This document shows positions 43,934 through 52,553 of a stretch of 64,000 bases of DNA, piece by piece. Each line of letters opens with the position of its first letter. The stretch's first letter is position 1. Source of the DNA: Candidatus Anderseniibacteriota bacterium (GTDB taxonomy: Bacteria; Patescibacteriota; Andersenbacteria; UBA10190); assembly GCA_016197005.1 (NCBI GenBank), contig JACPWO010000002.1, forward strand, positions 79,851 to 143,850. The letters are read 5' to 3'. Under the pieces are notes generated by a model. That model did no database searches. It had not been told where the DNA came from and worked only from the letters and a program-made list of their open reading frames with translations. Made by a program: the position numbers and the translations under genes.

Positions 43934-45390
43934 GCTGCGAAGAAGAGAATCATGATCGTAATGACAGCTGCGGCATAACTAAACCAATCTTTACCAGCGT
44001 AAACCGTTGGATCTTCATGCATGCTGCCCGCATTAGTCACATTCCACATGCGCTGCAAGCCCAAGAAGAAAATAGGGATGAGAAGCCAGAGAAGGATCGG
44101 TGTTGTGTATAGAGGAGTTACCGCCGGACTGGTTATATACAACGCGAGTACTCCTAGAGAAAGATAGCTGCAAATAAGTCCAAGAATTGTTAGAGGTTTG
44201 CGGTGAGTTACGGTGTACCCTCGACCGGTGGCCTTTTTGCGTCCGCTTTCTTCAAGGTTACTAATCTCAGAGACTCGTTTTATTAAAGCCAAGCTAAAGA
44301 AAATGAGGGCAGCAAACAGCAAGAGCCATGGAGATACAGGAATGCCGGTCGCCGCGCTGCCAGCAAAAATTCTCAGGACATAGAGCGATGTTATAAGGAT
44401 AACGTCGAGAGCAATAACTTTTTTAAGGCGAAGAGAATACGCCAGATTGAGAACGATATAAATAAGAATGAGCCACAAGAATGGAAGCGGCAGAAGGAGT
44501 GTTATGAGTAAACTTAAAATACCCAGGGTAAGTCCGGAGATAAGAGCCGTTTTTATGGTCATCTTTCCGGAGGCAAGTGGACGGTGTTTTTTGTGAGGAT
44601 TCTGGCGATCAGCCGGAAGATCAACTAAATCATTTAAAAGATATACTGCGGAGGCAATGGCGCTAAAGGAGATGAAAGCAAAACCGGCCATACCTAATGC
44701 TGGAATATTGAATATTTGATGAGCAGTAAGCAGAGGAACGAAAATAAGAAGATTTTTTATCCATTGATGCCAGCGAATACTTCGCAAAAAGACTTTCAGT
44801 GAAAGTCGATGTTCACCAATTGTTTGTGAGATAGGCCCAAGTTTTTTGGCAGCTTCTGCAACCCCACGAGAAGTATTTACCAAGATTCGCTCACTGGCAT
44901 GTTTCCAAACAATTAGATCAGCCATGGAGTTACCGGCATAGGCAAATTTTCCCTCACCGAACCTATCAATCAGAGCCGCGGCTTTGTCAGAGCCAGTCAT
45001 TCCCCGCGCTTTGCTACTAGCGATGACGTCGTCAAAAAGACCAATGTGTTCTGCAACCATACGGGCAAATTTTTCATTACTTCCCGTCACCAGATACAAC
45101 TTTCGGCCATTTTGCCTTTCGTGTTTCAAATACTCAATAAGTGCTTCATTATAAGGTAGTAAATCCACCACCAGTTCTGCCCGTGAGGCAATTTCATGTT
45201 TACCGGCCCCTTTCCCGGACTTCATCCACCGAAAAACGTGCAGTGCCATGAATGGTTTGTCCTTGAGGAGCGTAAACAAAGCCTCGGCCATTGTATCGGA
45301 AAGTGTCAGCGTTCCGTCTAAATCTACGCATAAAGGGGGCTTCTGCAGCATATGGCGATGGTAGCAGGGCAGTGTCAGGTTTGCTACCAT
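43930..45390 (-). CDS. HAD-phosphatase / UbiA prenyltransferase fusion (decaprenyl-phosphate phosphoribosyltransferase-like)
   Basis: The N-terminal HAD motifs are CVDLDGTLTLSD (motif I), LVTGSN, K...GNSMADL. The C-terminal part has about 8 TM helices and the UbiA Asp-rich motif LLNDLVDLPADRQN. Its stop overlaps the DprE1-like ATG. Confidence 0.8.
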   Translation of the reverse strand: MVANLTLPCYHRHMLQKPPLCVDLDGTLTLSDTMAEALFTLLKDKPFMALHVFRWMKSGKGAGKHEIASRAELVVDLLPYNEALIEYLKHERQNGRKLYLVTGSNEKFARMVAEHIGLFDDVIASSKARGMTGSDKAAALIDRFGEGKFAYAGNSMADLIVWKHASERILVNTSRGVAEAAKKLGPISQTIGEHRLSLKVFLRSIRWHQWIKNLLIFVPLLTAHQIFNIPALGMAGFAFISFSAIASAVYLLNDLVDLPADRQNPHKKHRPLASGKMTIKTALISGLTLGILSLLITLLLPLPFLWLILIYIVLNLAYSLRLKKVIALDVILITSLYVLRIFAGSAATGIPVSPWLLLFAALIFFSLALIKRVSEISNLEESGRKKATGRGYTVTHRKPLTILGLICSYLSLGVLALYITSPAVTPLYTTPILLWLLIPIFFLGLQRMWNVTNAGSMHEDPTVYAGKDWFSYAAAVITIMILFFAA

Positions 45391-45396
45391 GAAGGG

Positions 45397-46416
45397 ATGG
45401 CACTACTCGAGGGGGCTTTTTGGGAAGCCGAAGTATGGGGAAATACGTTAAATGACTACACGCTAGCGCTCATACTCTTTGTCGTTGCACTCGTTATTTT
45501 AAAGTTGGTGAAATTCTACATTGTTAACCGTGTCTCCAAAGTCATTGTTAGGAGCCGAACGCATATCGATGATGCACTACTCGAAGTATTCGACACTATC
45601 CGTCCACCCTTCTATATTTTTATATCCTTCTATGGGGCAACACGTCTGCTGACGCTCGAGGGACAGCCAGAAAAAGTAATGAATGTTATTTTGCTGCTTT
45701 GGGTAACGTGGCAAGTAGTTGCCACCCTTCAAATCTTTATTGACTACTTGATACAAACACGTCTGGCCGGAGCGCAAGATGTTGCGCGGAAAGCAATCTC
45801 GGGTATTGTCAGCGGTTTGGCGAAAATTGTGCTGTGGTCAGTGGCTCTCTTGTTCGTCCTTTCCAATTTAGGTGTTGATGTAACGTCACTTCTAGCTGGT
45901 ATTGGTATTGGAGGGTTAGCTATAGCGCTTGGTGCGCGCAGTTTACTGGAGGATTTGTTTAGTTCCCTCGCTATTGTATTTGATCGACCCTTTGCTCCTG
46001 GTGACTTTATTGAAGTCGCTGGAGAAAAAGGCACGGTGCAGAAAGTTGGTGTGAAAACTACTCGTATCAAATCTCTTTCTGGAGAGGAAGTTATTATTCC
46101 TAACAGGGACTTGGCATCTTCTCGTATTCGCAACTACCGACACATGCAGGAACGGCGCGTAACATTTCAGATATCTGTAGATCCAACTCTTTCTCGGCAG
46201 AAGCTTGAGCAGATTCCCGTTCTGGTAGCCGGTGCCATGGACGGCCACGGTCGATTTAAGTGGTGTCGTGTTATTTCTTTAGCTAAAGATAAAACAACAT
46301 TCGATGTAGCTTATTTTGTCGGGACGTATGACTACTCAGATTATTTAGACACCCACGAGAAAGTGTTACTAGCTATTCGAGAAGCATTTGAAAATGAGGG
46401 TATACACCTAGCATAA
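45397..46416 (+). CDS. small-conductance mechanosensitive channel (MscS family)
   Basis: 3-4 TM helices, then the MscS beta-domain signature FDRPFAPGDFIEVAGEKGTVQKVGVKTTRIKSLSGEEVIIPN. Start moved to 45397 to avoid the divergent overlap. Confidence 0.8.
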   Translation: MALLEGAFWEAEVWGNTLNDYTLALILFVVALVILKLVKFYIVNRVSKVIVRSRTHIDDALLEVFDTIRPPFYIFISFYGATRLLTLEGQPEKVMNVILLLWVTWQVVATLQIFIDYLIQTRLAGAQDVARKAISGIVSGLAKIVLWSVALLFVLSNLGVDVTSLLAGIGIGGLAIALGARSLLEDLFSSLAIVFDRPFAPGDFIEVAGEKGTVQKVGVKTTRIKSLSGEEVIIPNRDLASSRIRNYRHMQERRVTFQISVDPTLSRQKLEQIPVLVAGAMDGHGRFKWCRVISLAKDKTTFDVAYFVGTYDYSDYLDTHEKVLLAIREAFENEGIHLA

Positions 46417-46430
46417 GGGCGATATAATAA

Positions 46431-47177
46431 ATGTTTGAATTTTTTCCGGCACGTGAAGTTGTCTTGGAGATCAATGGTTTTACAGTTCGTTGGTATGGCT
46501 TACTCTGGGCAATTTCCTTTTGGCTGGTATGGTACCTCATACCAAAATTACAAAAATATCGAAACCTCTCTCTTTCTCGTGATGAGTGGACTCGAATTAT
46601 TGCCTACGGAGCCATAGGTGCTTTGCTTGGGGGACGATTAGGTTATGTGTTGTTGTATGAACCAACATATTTTTTTCAGTATCCACTGGAAGCTTTCGCT
46701 ATTTGGCAGGGTGGAATGGCATCACACGGTGGAGTAGTAGGTGTTGTAATTGGAGTTTGGTTTGCCACTCGCCTAAATACTACGATGAAAAACCTTCTGC
46801 AACTTACTGATGTTGTAGTTGTACCGGTTGCTTTAGCCTTGGCTTTAGGACGACTGGGCAACTGGATTAACCAGGAGTTATTCGTTCGTAACTTTGCACT
46901 ACTAGCAGTTGCAAAGGACTTATGTATTGCTGGTCTTTGTTACTACGTTCTTAGAAAAACAGACGAAAAACGCCGTGGAATAGTTACGGCCATCTTTCTT
47001 ATTAGTTACAGTCTCCTCCGTTTTTGTATAGAATTCCTGCGAGATGATCCCTGGCCAGAGGTATGGGGTCTGACACGTGGGCAGGTATACACGTTGCCCC
47101 TGTTGGCACTTGGCGTATGGTTACTAGTATGGCTACAAAAACAACCTCAGCTTTCGAAGAAGCCTACAGTCGGCTAA
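46431..47177 (+). CDS. lgt: prolipoprotein diacylglyceryl transferase
   Basis: N-terminal FTVRWYGLLWAISFWL; signature GGMASHGGVVG; several TM helices. Confidence 0.8.
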   Translation: MFEFFPAREVVLEINGFTVRWYGLLWAISFWLVWYLIPKLQKYRNLSLSRDEWTRIIAYGAIGALLGGRLGYVLLYEPTYFFQYPLEAFAIWQGGMASHGGVVGVVIGVWFATRLNTTMKNLLQLTDVVVVPVALALALGRLGNWINQELFVRNFALLAVAKDLCIAGLCYYVLRKTDEKRRGIVTAIFLISYSLLRFCIEFLRDDPWPEVWGLTRGQVYTLPLLALGVWLLVWLQKQPQLSKKPTVG

Positions 47178-50100
47178 ACAAGGGCCAAAAGAAGGCCGTA
47201 GATACTATTGATGGACCGGTCATGGTACTGGCTGGCCCAGGCACTGGTAAAACCCAGACGCTCACGGTGCGTATTGGTAATATTCTCCAAAAAACACAAC
47301 TGGATCCGTGGAATATCCTCTGCCTTACATTCACAGAGTCAGCCGCGGCTGAAATGCGGGAGCGTCTCGCCGATATGATTGGTTCCTCGGCTTATCATGT
47401 CCGCATCAGTACCTTTCATTCGTTTTGCAATCAGGTTATTCAAGATCACCCGGAAATCTTTGCCTTATCATCAGATTGGAAACCACTAGCGGAAGTGGAA
47501 CGGGTCAAGCTCATGCAAGATATTTTGGATAACCTTCCTGGTACGAGTTCACTTAAACCATTTACTGCCCCGTACCTCTACCTAAAAGATTGCGTACAGC
47601 ATATTCAAGCACTGAAACAGGAAGACATTTCACCGAAAGATTTTTCGGAAGTTGTGAAAAAGCTAGCAGCGTTTGCGAAAGAGGTTGGAGAAGAGGTAAA
47701 AACTTTTTCCGAGAAGAAGCCAACTGATCGTACGGATAAAGACTGTGAAAGTGTGTTAGCGCGTGTTCTGGCCGCTGCGAAAAAACATAAGTTGCCAGCA
47801 GTATTTGATGAGCAACTTAAAGATGTTGAGAGTAATTTTATAACGATGGGGGAAGCGGCTGAAGATAAGCGCACGGCCGGTAAAGCCAGAACAAAATGTA
47901 AGAATGACTTGAAACGTGTCTTTACTCGCATTGAAAATAATGTGCCGCGGTGGCGAGAACTCAAAAAAGTATATGAGCAGTATCAGGAAGCGCTGCAGAA
48001 AAACGGACGGTATGACTTTGAAGACATGATTATCTTGGTTGTGCAGGAGTTTCGACGGAATAAAGATTTACTTGCCGACTACCAAGAGCAATTCCAATAT
48101 ATCTTAGTTGATGAATTTCAGGATACGAACGGCGCTCAAAACGAAGTAGTAGATTTTCTGGGGAGTTTTGATGAGACGCCGAATATCTTCGTTGTTGGCG
48201 ATGATAAGCAATCTATTTATCGTTTTCAGGGAGCATCACTGGCTAACATGCTAGCCTTCTACGAGAAATATAAAGAACATGCCGCGGTTATTACGCTGTC
48301 AGAAAATTACCGCAGTCAGAAAATAGTTCTTGATGCCGCTGCCGCTGTTATCTCTCGTAGTAAATATTCCCTCGCAAAATTAATTCCGGGGGTCTCAATT
48401 GACCTTATCCCACAAGCAAAAATTACTCCGAAGCCCATTACCCAGTACATTGTCGAATCCTCGGAACAAGAAGTGGCAGTGCTGGCTGATGAAATTTCAA
48501 CCCTGCTTAAGAAGGGAGTAAGTCCAAAGGAAATTGCGGTACTTGTTCGGTATAACCGAGATGCAGCGGACATTGCGCCGGCGTTAAGAAAATTTAACAT
48601 ACGAGCCTCGCTGGCGGCTGGTGAAAATGCTTTAGCACAGACGGCTGTTATACAATGGCTGTCTATTTGGCGTTATCTTCTGTCTCCTTCAGGTAACGAT
48701 TATCTCCTGGCAGATATTATTCGGTTTTCCTGGTGGGATATCTCGGCGCTTGATAGTCTACGTGCCATTCACGCTGCGGGTAGGCAGCGACGAACTCTGA
48801 CGACAACATTTACGGATAAGCAACTATTGATAGAAGCAGGGGTTGAAAACCCAGCCAAAATTATTCAGCTGATAGAGCTCTTGGCTTCTTGGGAGAAACT
48901 TGCTGCTAACACTACTATTTCCAATCTCGTCACCACGATGTTGGAAGAATCTGGTTGGCTGCAGCATATTCAAGACGATGCAACTGGATTAGCCGCTCTT
49001 CAGCACATGAGTCGAGTGCTCGAGCAGACAAAAGAAATTGCTGGAGGTGATCATTCTTTTTCTCTCAAAGACTTTGTTGAGCTCATTGATCTACACATTC
49101 GTCATGATGTGCCACTGATGACACCGCAACGACGTTTGGGAAAAGACAGTGTAACCGTCATGACTGCCCATAAAGCTAAGGGATTAGAATTTGAGTATGT
49201 ATTTCTTCCGCGGTTTATAGACAAGTCATGGGGTGGAGGCAGAACGCCGTACCGATTACCGTTGCCAGACGGCTTAGTAAAAGGAGACTTGGTGGCTGAG
49301 GGAGAAGCGGAAGAAGATGAACGCCGTCTCCTCTACGTTGCGCTTACACGCGCTAAGAAAAATATTACAATTAGCCGCGCTCGTGTAAACGCTGCCGAAA
49401 AGCCAGTCGCGCCATCCCTATTCTTGCATGAACTGCCAGAAGAGACCCTTAAAACAATTGAGAAACAGGAGAAGAGTGAAGATGCAGGAAAGCGCTTAGT
49501 AGAAGGAGAACTCAGCTCATCGCCACCTGCTTCTTCGTCGGATCTTAAGGATTGGGTCAGACAGATCCTTGATGGCTACGTTATGAGTGTTACGCATCTC
49601 AATCACTACCTGGAAGATCCACACCTGTTTTATACCCGGCATATATTGCGTATTCCTTCAGTGCGATCGTTTTACCAAGCAATGGGAACAGCGGTACATA
49701 ATGCGCTGGACGATTTCTTCCGCCGCTTTAGTGAGAGCGGTAAACTACCACCACGATCCTTTTTACTTGAGCGATTTAAACGTCATCTGCAGCGCGAAGC
49801 ACTGACTAAACAGGAATTTGAAGACGTTTTGGCAGTAGGGAATGAACAGCTCGGTGGGTATTATGATTTTTACAAAACTGGATTTGTTTCAAAGACGTTA
49901 GGTGAGTACGACTTTCGATCACACAATGTACGTGTTGATGGTGTTCCTATTACAGGAAAAATAGATAAGATCGAGCTAATAAACGATAAAGAAGTGAATG
50001 TGGTTGATTACAAAACCGGTGCACCAGAAAAAGCAGCAGTTCGTCTCAAACCAGGTGGGGATTACCACCGGCAAATTGTGTTTTACAAACTTCTGGCAGA

Positions 50101-50278
50101 GCAGTCACCGGAATTTAAGTATGATGTAATATCTGGCGAAGTAGACTTTATTCGCCCGACTAAATCTGGAAAATTCGTAAAGAAAAAAATTGAAGTAACT
50201 GGAAAAGATCTTGAAGAACTTGCACAAACACTTAAGCGTGTATGGCAAGAGATCCAGGAACTCAAGTTTCTAGATTAA
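47129..50278 (+). CDS. UvrD/PcrA-type DNA helicase fused to a C-terminal PD-(D/E)XK (RecB/AddB-type) nuclease domain
   Basis: Walker A VLAGPGTGKTQTL, DEFQDTN, ENYRSQ, TAHKAKGLEFEYVFL. The C-terminal VDYKTG...Y block is typical of RecB-family nucleases. It overlaps the lgt 3' end by about 49 nt. Confidence 0.8.
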   Translation: MATKTTSAFEEAYSRLNKGQKKAVDTIDGPVMVLAGPGTGKTQTLTVRIGNILQKTQLDPWNILCLTFTESAAAEMRERLADMIGSSAYHVRISTFHSFCNQVIQDHPEIFALSSDWKPLAEVERVKLMQDILDNLPGTSSLKPFTAPYLYLKDCVQHIQALKQEDISPKDFSEVVKKLAAFAKEVGEEVKTFSEKKPTDRTDKDCESVLARVLAAAKKHKLPAVFDEQLKDVESNFITMGEAAEDKRTAGKARTKCKNDLKRVFTRIENNVPRWRELKKVYEQYQEALQKNGRYDFEDMIILVVQEFRRNKDLLADYQEQFQYILVDEFQDTNGAQNEVVDFLGSFDETPNIFVVGDDKQSIYRFQGASLANMLAFYEKYKEHAAVITLSENYRSQKIVLDAAAAVISRSKYSLAKLIPGVSIDLIPQAKITPKPITQYIVESSEQEVAVLADEISTLLKKGVSPKEIAVLVRYNRDAADIAPALRKFNIRASLAAGENALAQTAVIQWLSIWRYLLSPSGNDYLLADIIRFSWWDISALDSLRAIHAAGRQRRTLTTTFTDKQLLIEAGVENPAKIIQLIELLASWEKLAANTTISNLVTTMLEESGWLQHIQDDATGLAALQHMSRVLEQTKEIAGGDHSFSLKDFVELIDLHIRHDVPLMTPQRRLGKDSVTVMTAHKAKGLEFEYVFLPRFIDKSWGGGRTPYRLPLPDGLVKGDLVAEGEAEEDERRLLYVALTRAKKNITISRARVNAAEKPVAPSLFLHELPEETLKTIEKQEKSEDAGKRLVEGELSSSPPASSSDLKDWVRQILDGYVMSVTHLNHYLEDPHLFYTRHILRIPSVRSFYQAMGTAVHNALDDFFRRFSESGKLPPRSFLLERFKRHLQREALTKQEFEDVLAVGNEQLGGYYDFYKTGFVSKTLGEYDFRSHNVRVDGVPITGKIDKIELINDKEVNVVDYKTGAPEKAAVRLKPGGDYHRQIVFYKLLAEQSPEFKYDVISGEVDFIRPTKSGKFVKKKIEVTGKDLEELAQTLKRVWQEIQELKFLD

Positions 50279-50303
50279 TAAATCGTAATCGTGCAAAGCG
50301 CTT

Positions 50304-51932
50304 TTAGCCTCGGATAAGGTGTTCTGCAGCGTATTCTTTCGACGCACCAATCTTCTTACCAGGATTAAAGATGTTATTCGGATCAAAAATATTCTTTACT
50401 TCTTCAAATAATTTGTACACTTCTTCACCGTACATTTTTTTCAGATAATGGCTTCTTACTAATCCATCATTATGCTCAGCCGACATTGACCCTTTGTACG
50501 CAAACACAAGGTCATATACTTTCTCAGACAGTTCCGGAATTATAGCCCGCTGTTTTTCATCAGCTAAATCCATAAGAGGAATGATGTGAAAATTTCCGTC
50601 TCCGACGTGTCCGGCAATCGTGTAGAAAATATCATACTGCTTAAGGATTTTTTCCAGTTGCGGCAGAAATTCTGGCAAATGTCGTGGCTGAATAATGAAG
50701 TCATCAATAAAAGGAGCAGTTTTCTTCGTTTTTACTCTCTTACGTAGCAAATTGAAACTTTCACGGCGAATCGTCCAATATTTTTCTGCTTCATTTTCAT
50801 TACGAGTGATACGAGTAGCAGTAACGAGGCTGCGCACTCCTTGTTCGGCAGCACGCACTCGCATGATGATTTCTTTTTCGTCATAACCAGAAAATTCCGC
50901 AATTAAGATAAGTTTAGGAAGACCGCCGGTGAGTATGAGTTTTACTTCTGGAATAAACTGAAGGGCCAGTGAAAAAATCTTAGTTTTCATTTGTTTTAGG
51001 AGCTGTGGAAAGAATTTCATGGCGAGCTTTAACGTATTGTCATCGTATGACTCAAAACTTTCTGGTTGATGCCGTAAAACAGCTGGAATGATTTGAGATA
51101 GGTTGTCGGTACTACGCAAGAACATAATGAGCATGCGCGAATGAGGTTTTGGCTTTATTAACCGAAAAGTAATTTCAGTAATAATGCCAAGTGTTCCTTG
51201 AGAGCCAACCAGCAGTTGTCCTAAATCAAAACGTCCGTCTTTTTCCACATTCCACAGACTATATCCAGTTGAGTTTTTAGAAACTCTCGGAGTCATTTTT
51301 TTAATAAGTTTACGGTTTTTTTCAAGTAAGCTACTGATACGACGGTAAATTTCTCCCTCCCATGTTTGCATCTGTTTCTTTTTCTCAAGCTCTATTGGTG
51401 AAAGTGATCGAAATGTGTATTCATTTCCATCGGCCAGCACCGCCTTAAGGTTTTTCACATACTTTTCTGTTTTGCCATACGACAGTGTTTTCTCGCCACC
51501 AGAATTATTCGCAACCATTCCGCCAACCGTGCACAAACTCTTCGATGCGGGAAACGATGGGAGTAGTACTCCCAATTTTTCCGTTTCTTTTTCAAAGTTG
51601 CGATAGAACAACCCCGGTTGAACTACCGCCTCGTGGTCGTTTATCTGCACGATCTGGTTCATGTGTTTGTTTACATCAACCACCACAGATTCGGTTAACG
51701 CTCCACCGCTCATGTCCGTGCCCCCAGAACGTACAGTCAAAGAAATATTTTTTTCTTGGTTGGCATATTGTACGAGCGCTTGAACGTCCTCAGTATTTTT
51801 GGGGTAGGCAACTGCTTGCGGCACAAGCTCAAATAAGCTGGCATCACGGCTGTACCGTGTCAGCGTATCTAAGTCACCTGCTACTCCTCCTTTTATAACT
51901 GCGTTTAGCGCAGCAACAATACCCTCCGGCAT
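50304..51932 (-). CDS. FAD-linked oxidase (GlcD / D-lactate dehydrogenase-like, PCMH FAD-binding)
   Basis: FAD-binding N-terminal domain with VRSGGTDMSGGAL; 542 aa, with a C-terminal FAD-oxidase domain. Confidence 0.7.
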   Translation of the reverse strand: MPEGIVAALNAVIKGGVAGDLDTLTRYSRDASLFELVPQAVAYPKNTEDVQALVQYANQEKNISLTVRSGGTDMSGGALTESVVVDVNKHMNQIVQINDHEAVVQPGLFYRNFEKETEKLGVLLPSFPASKSLCTVGGMVANNSGGEKTLSYGKTEKYVKNLKAVLADGNEYTFRSLSPIELEKKKQMQTWEGEIYRRISSLLEKNRKLIKKMTPRVSKNSTGYSLWNVEKDGRFDLGQLLVGSQGTLGIITEITFRLIKPKPHSRMLIMFLRSTDNLSQIIPAVLRHQPESFESYDDNTLKLAMKFFPQLLKQMKTKIFSLALQFIPEVKLILTGGLPKLILIAEFSGYDEKEIIMRVRAAEQGVRSLVTATRITRNENEAEKYWTIRRESFNLLRKRVKTKKTAPFIDDFIIQPRHLPEFLPQLEKILKQYDIFYTIAGHVGDGNFHIIPLMDLADEKQRAIIPELSEKVYDLVFAYKGSMSAEHNDGLVRSHYLKKMYGEEVYKLFEEVKNIFDPNNIFNPGKKIGASKEYAAEHLIRG

Positions 51933-51947
51933 AGGGGAATAATAGCA

Positions 51948-51976
51948 TTGATTCGCTTCTCACGCGGGCGTACAAT
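51948..51976 (+). promoter_or_regulatory. sigma70-like promoter TTGATT-17-TACAAT, predicting a leaderless transcript
   Basis: The -10 box ends 7 nt before the ATG at 51984. There is no room for an SD. Confidence 0.4.
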
Positions 51977-51983
51977 TTAACGT

Positions 51984-52505
51984 ATGAAAACAGGCACTAT
52001 AACAGCAGTTGTTGGGGTAGTTATTATCGTAGCTGTAGCTAGTATGTTCGCTTTTCGAACTCCGGCCGAGGCACCAGCAGTAACACCAACTCCAGGATTC
52101 CAGGACGCAACGGCACCAGCATCAGATAGCGGTCAGTTTATTCAGCTGCAGCCGAGCACAACTCCTAATACGTCTCTTTTGCCAAGCGTAAGCCCCGCGG
52201 CTGGAACGACCCAACAGAACACAACTACTGCCGAATCAATTGCCATTTCTATTGATGACACTGGCTTTACTCCTCGCACAGTAAGTATTGCTTCGGGAAC
52301 AACAGTTGTATTTACAAATAATGGACAAGCGAAGCACTGGCCTGCGTCTGATGTTCACCCTACCCATCAAGCCTTACCAGGATTTGATGCTAAGCATGGG
52401 CTAGAAACAGGCGAGACATACTCATTCACATTTATCAAGACGGGTAGCTGGAATATGCACGATCATCTTAACCCCAGTGCTACCGGCATAATTACCGTTC
52501 AATAG
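51984..52505 (+). CDS. secreted or anchored cupredoxin-like domain protein (copper site apparently degenerate)
   Basis: N-terminal TM; Pro/Thr-rich linker; C-terminal beta-sandwich pattern TVSIASGTTVVFTNNG...HW...GETYSFTF...GSWNMHDHLNP...GIITV. This resembles the cupredoxin_1 or EfeO fold, but no Cys ligand is present. Confidence 0.4.
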   Translation: MKTGTITAVVGVVIIVAVASMFAFRTPAEAPAVTPTPGFQDATAPASDSGQFIQLQPSTTPNTSLLPSVSPAAGTTQQNTTTAESIAISIDDTGFTPRTVSIASGTTVVFTNNGQAKHWPASDVHPTHQALPGFDAKHGLETGETYSFTFIKTGSWNMHDHLNPSATGIITVQ

Positions 52506-52538
52506 TCACTTCGTGTCTGCTCGGCAGGAGCAGGCATA

Positions 52539-52547
52539 TGCTATACT
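52539..52547 (+). promoter_or_regulatory. extended -10 element TGcTATACT immediately upstream of pilB
   Basis: TATACT ends 6 nt before the ATG at 52554. No SD. Suggests a leaderless start for the pilus operon. Confidence 0.3.
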
Positions 52548-52553
52548 TTTCGA

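Noticed and set aside
50279-50303. The palindrome AAAGCGCTTT between the convergent helicase and FAD-oxidase genes, considered as a terminator.
   Set aside because: It is a 10-nt perfect palindrome with no loop and no U-tract. It is too short to call.
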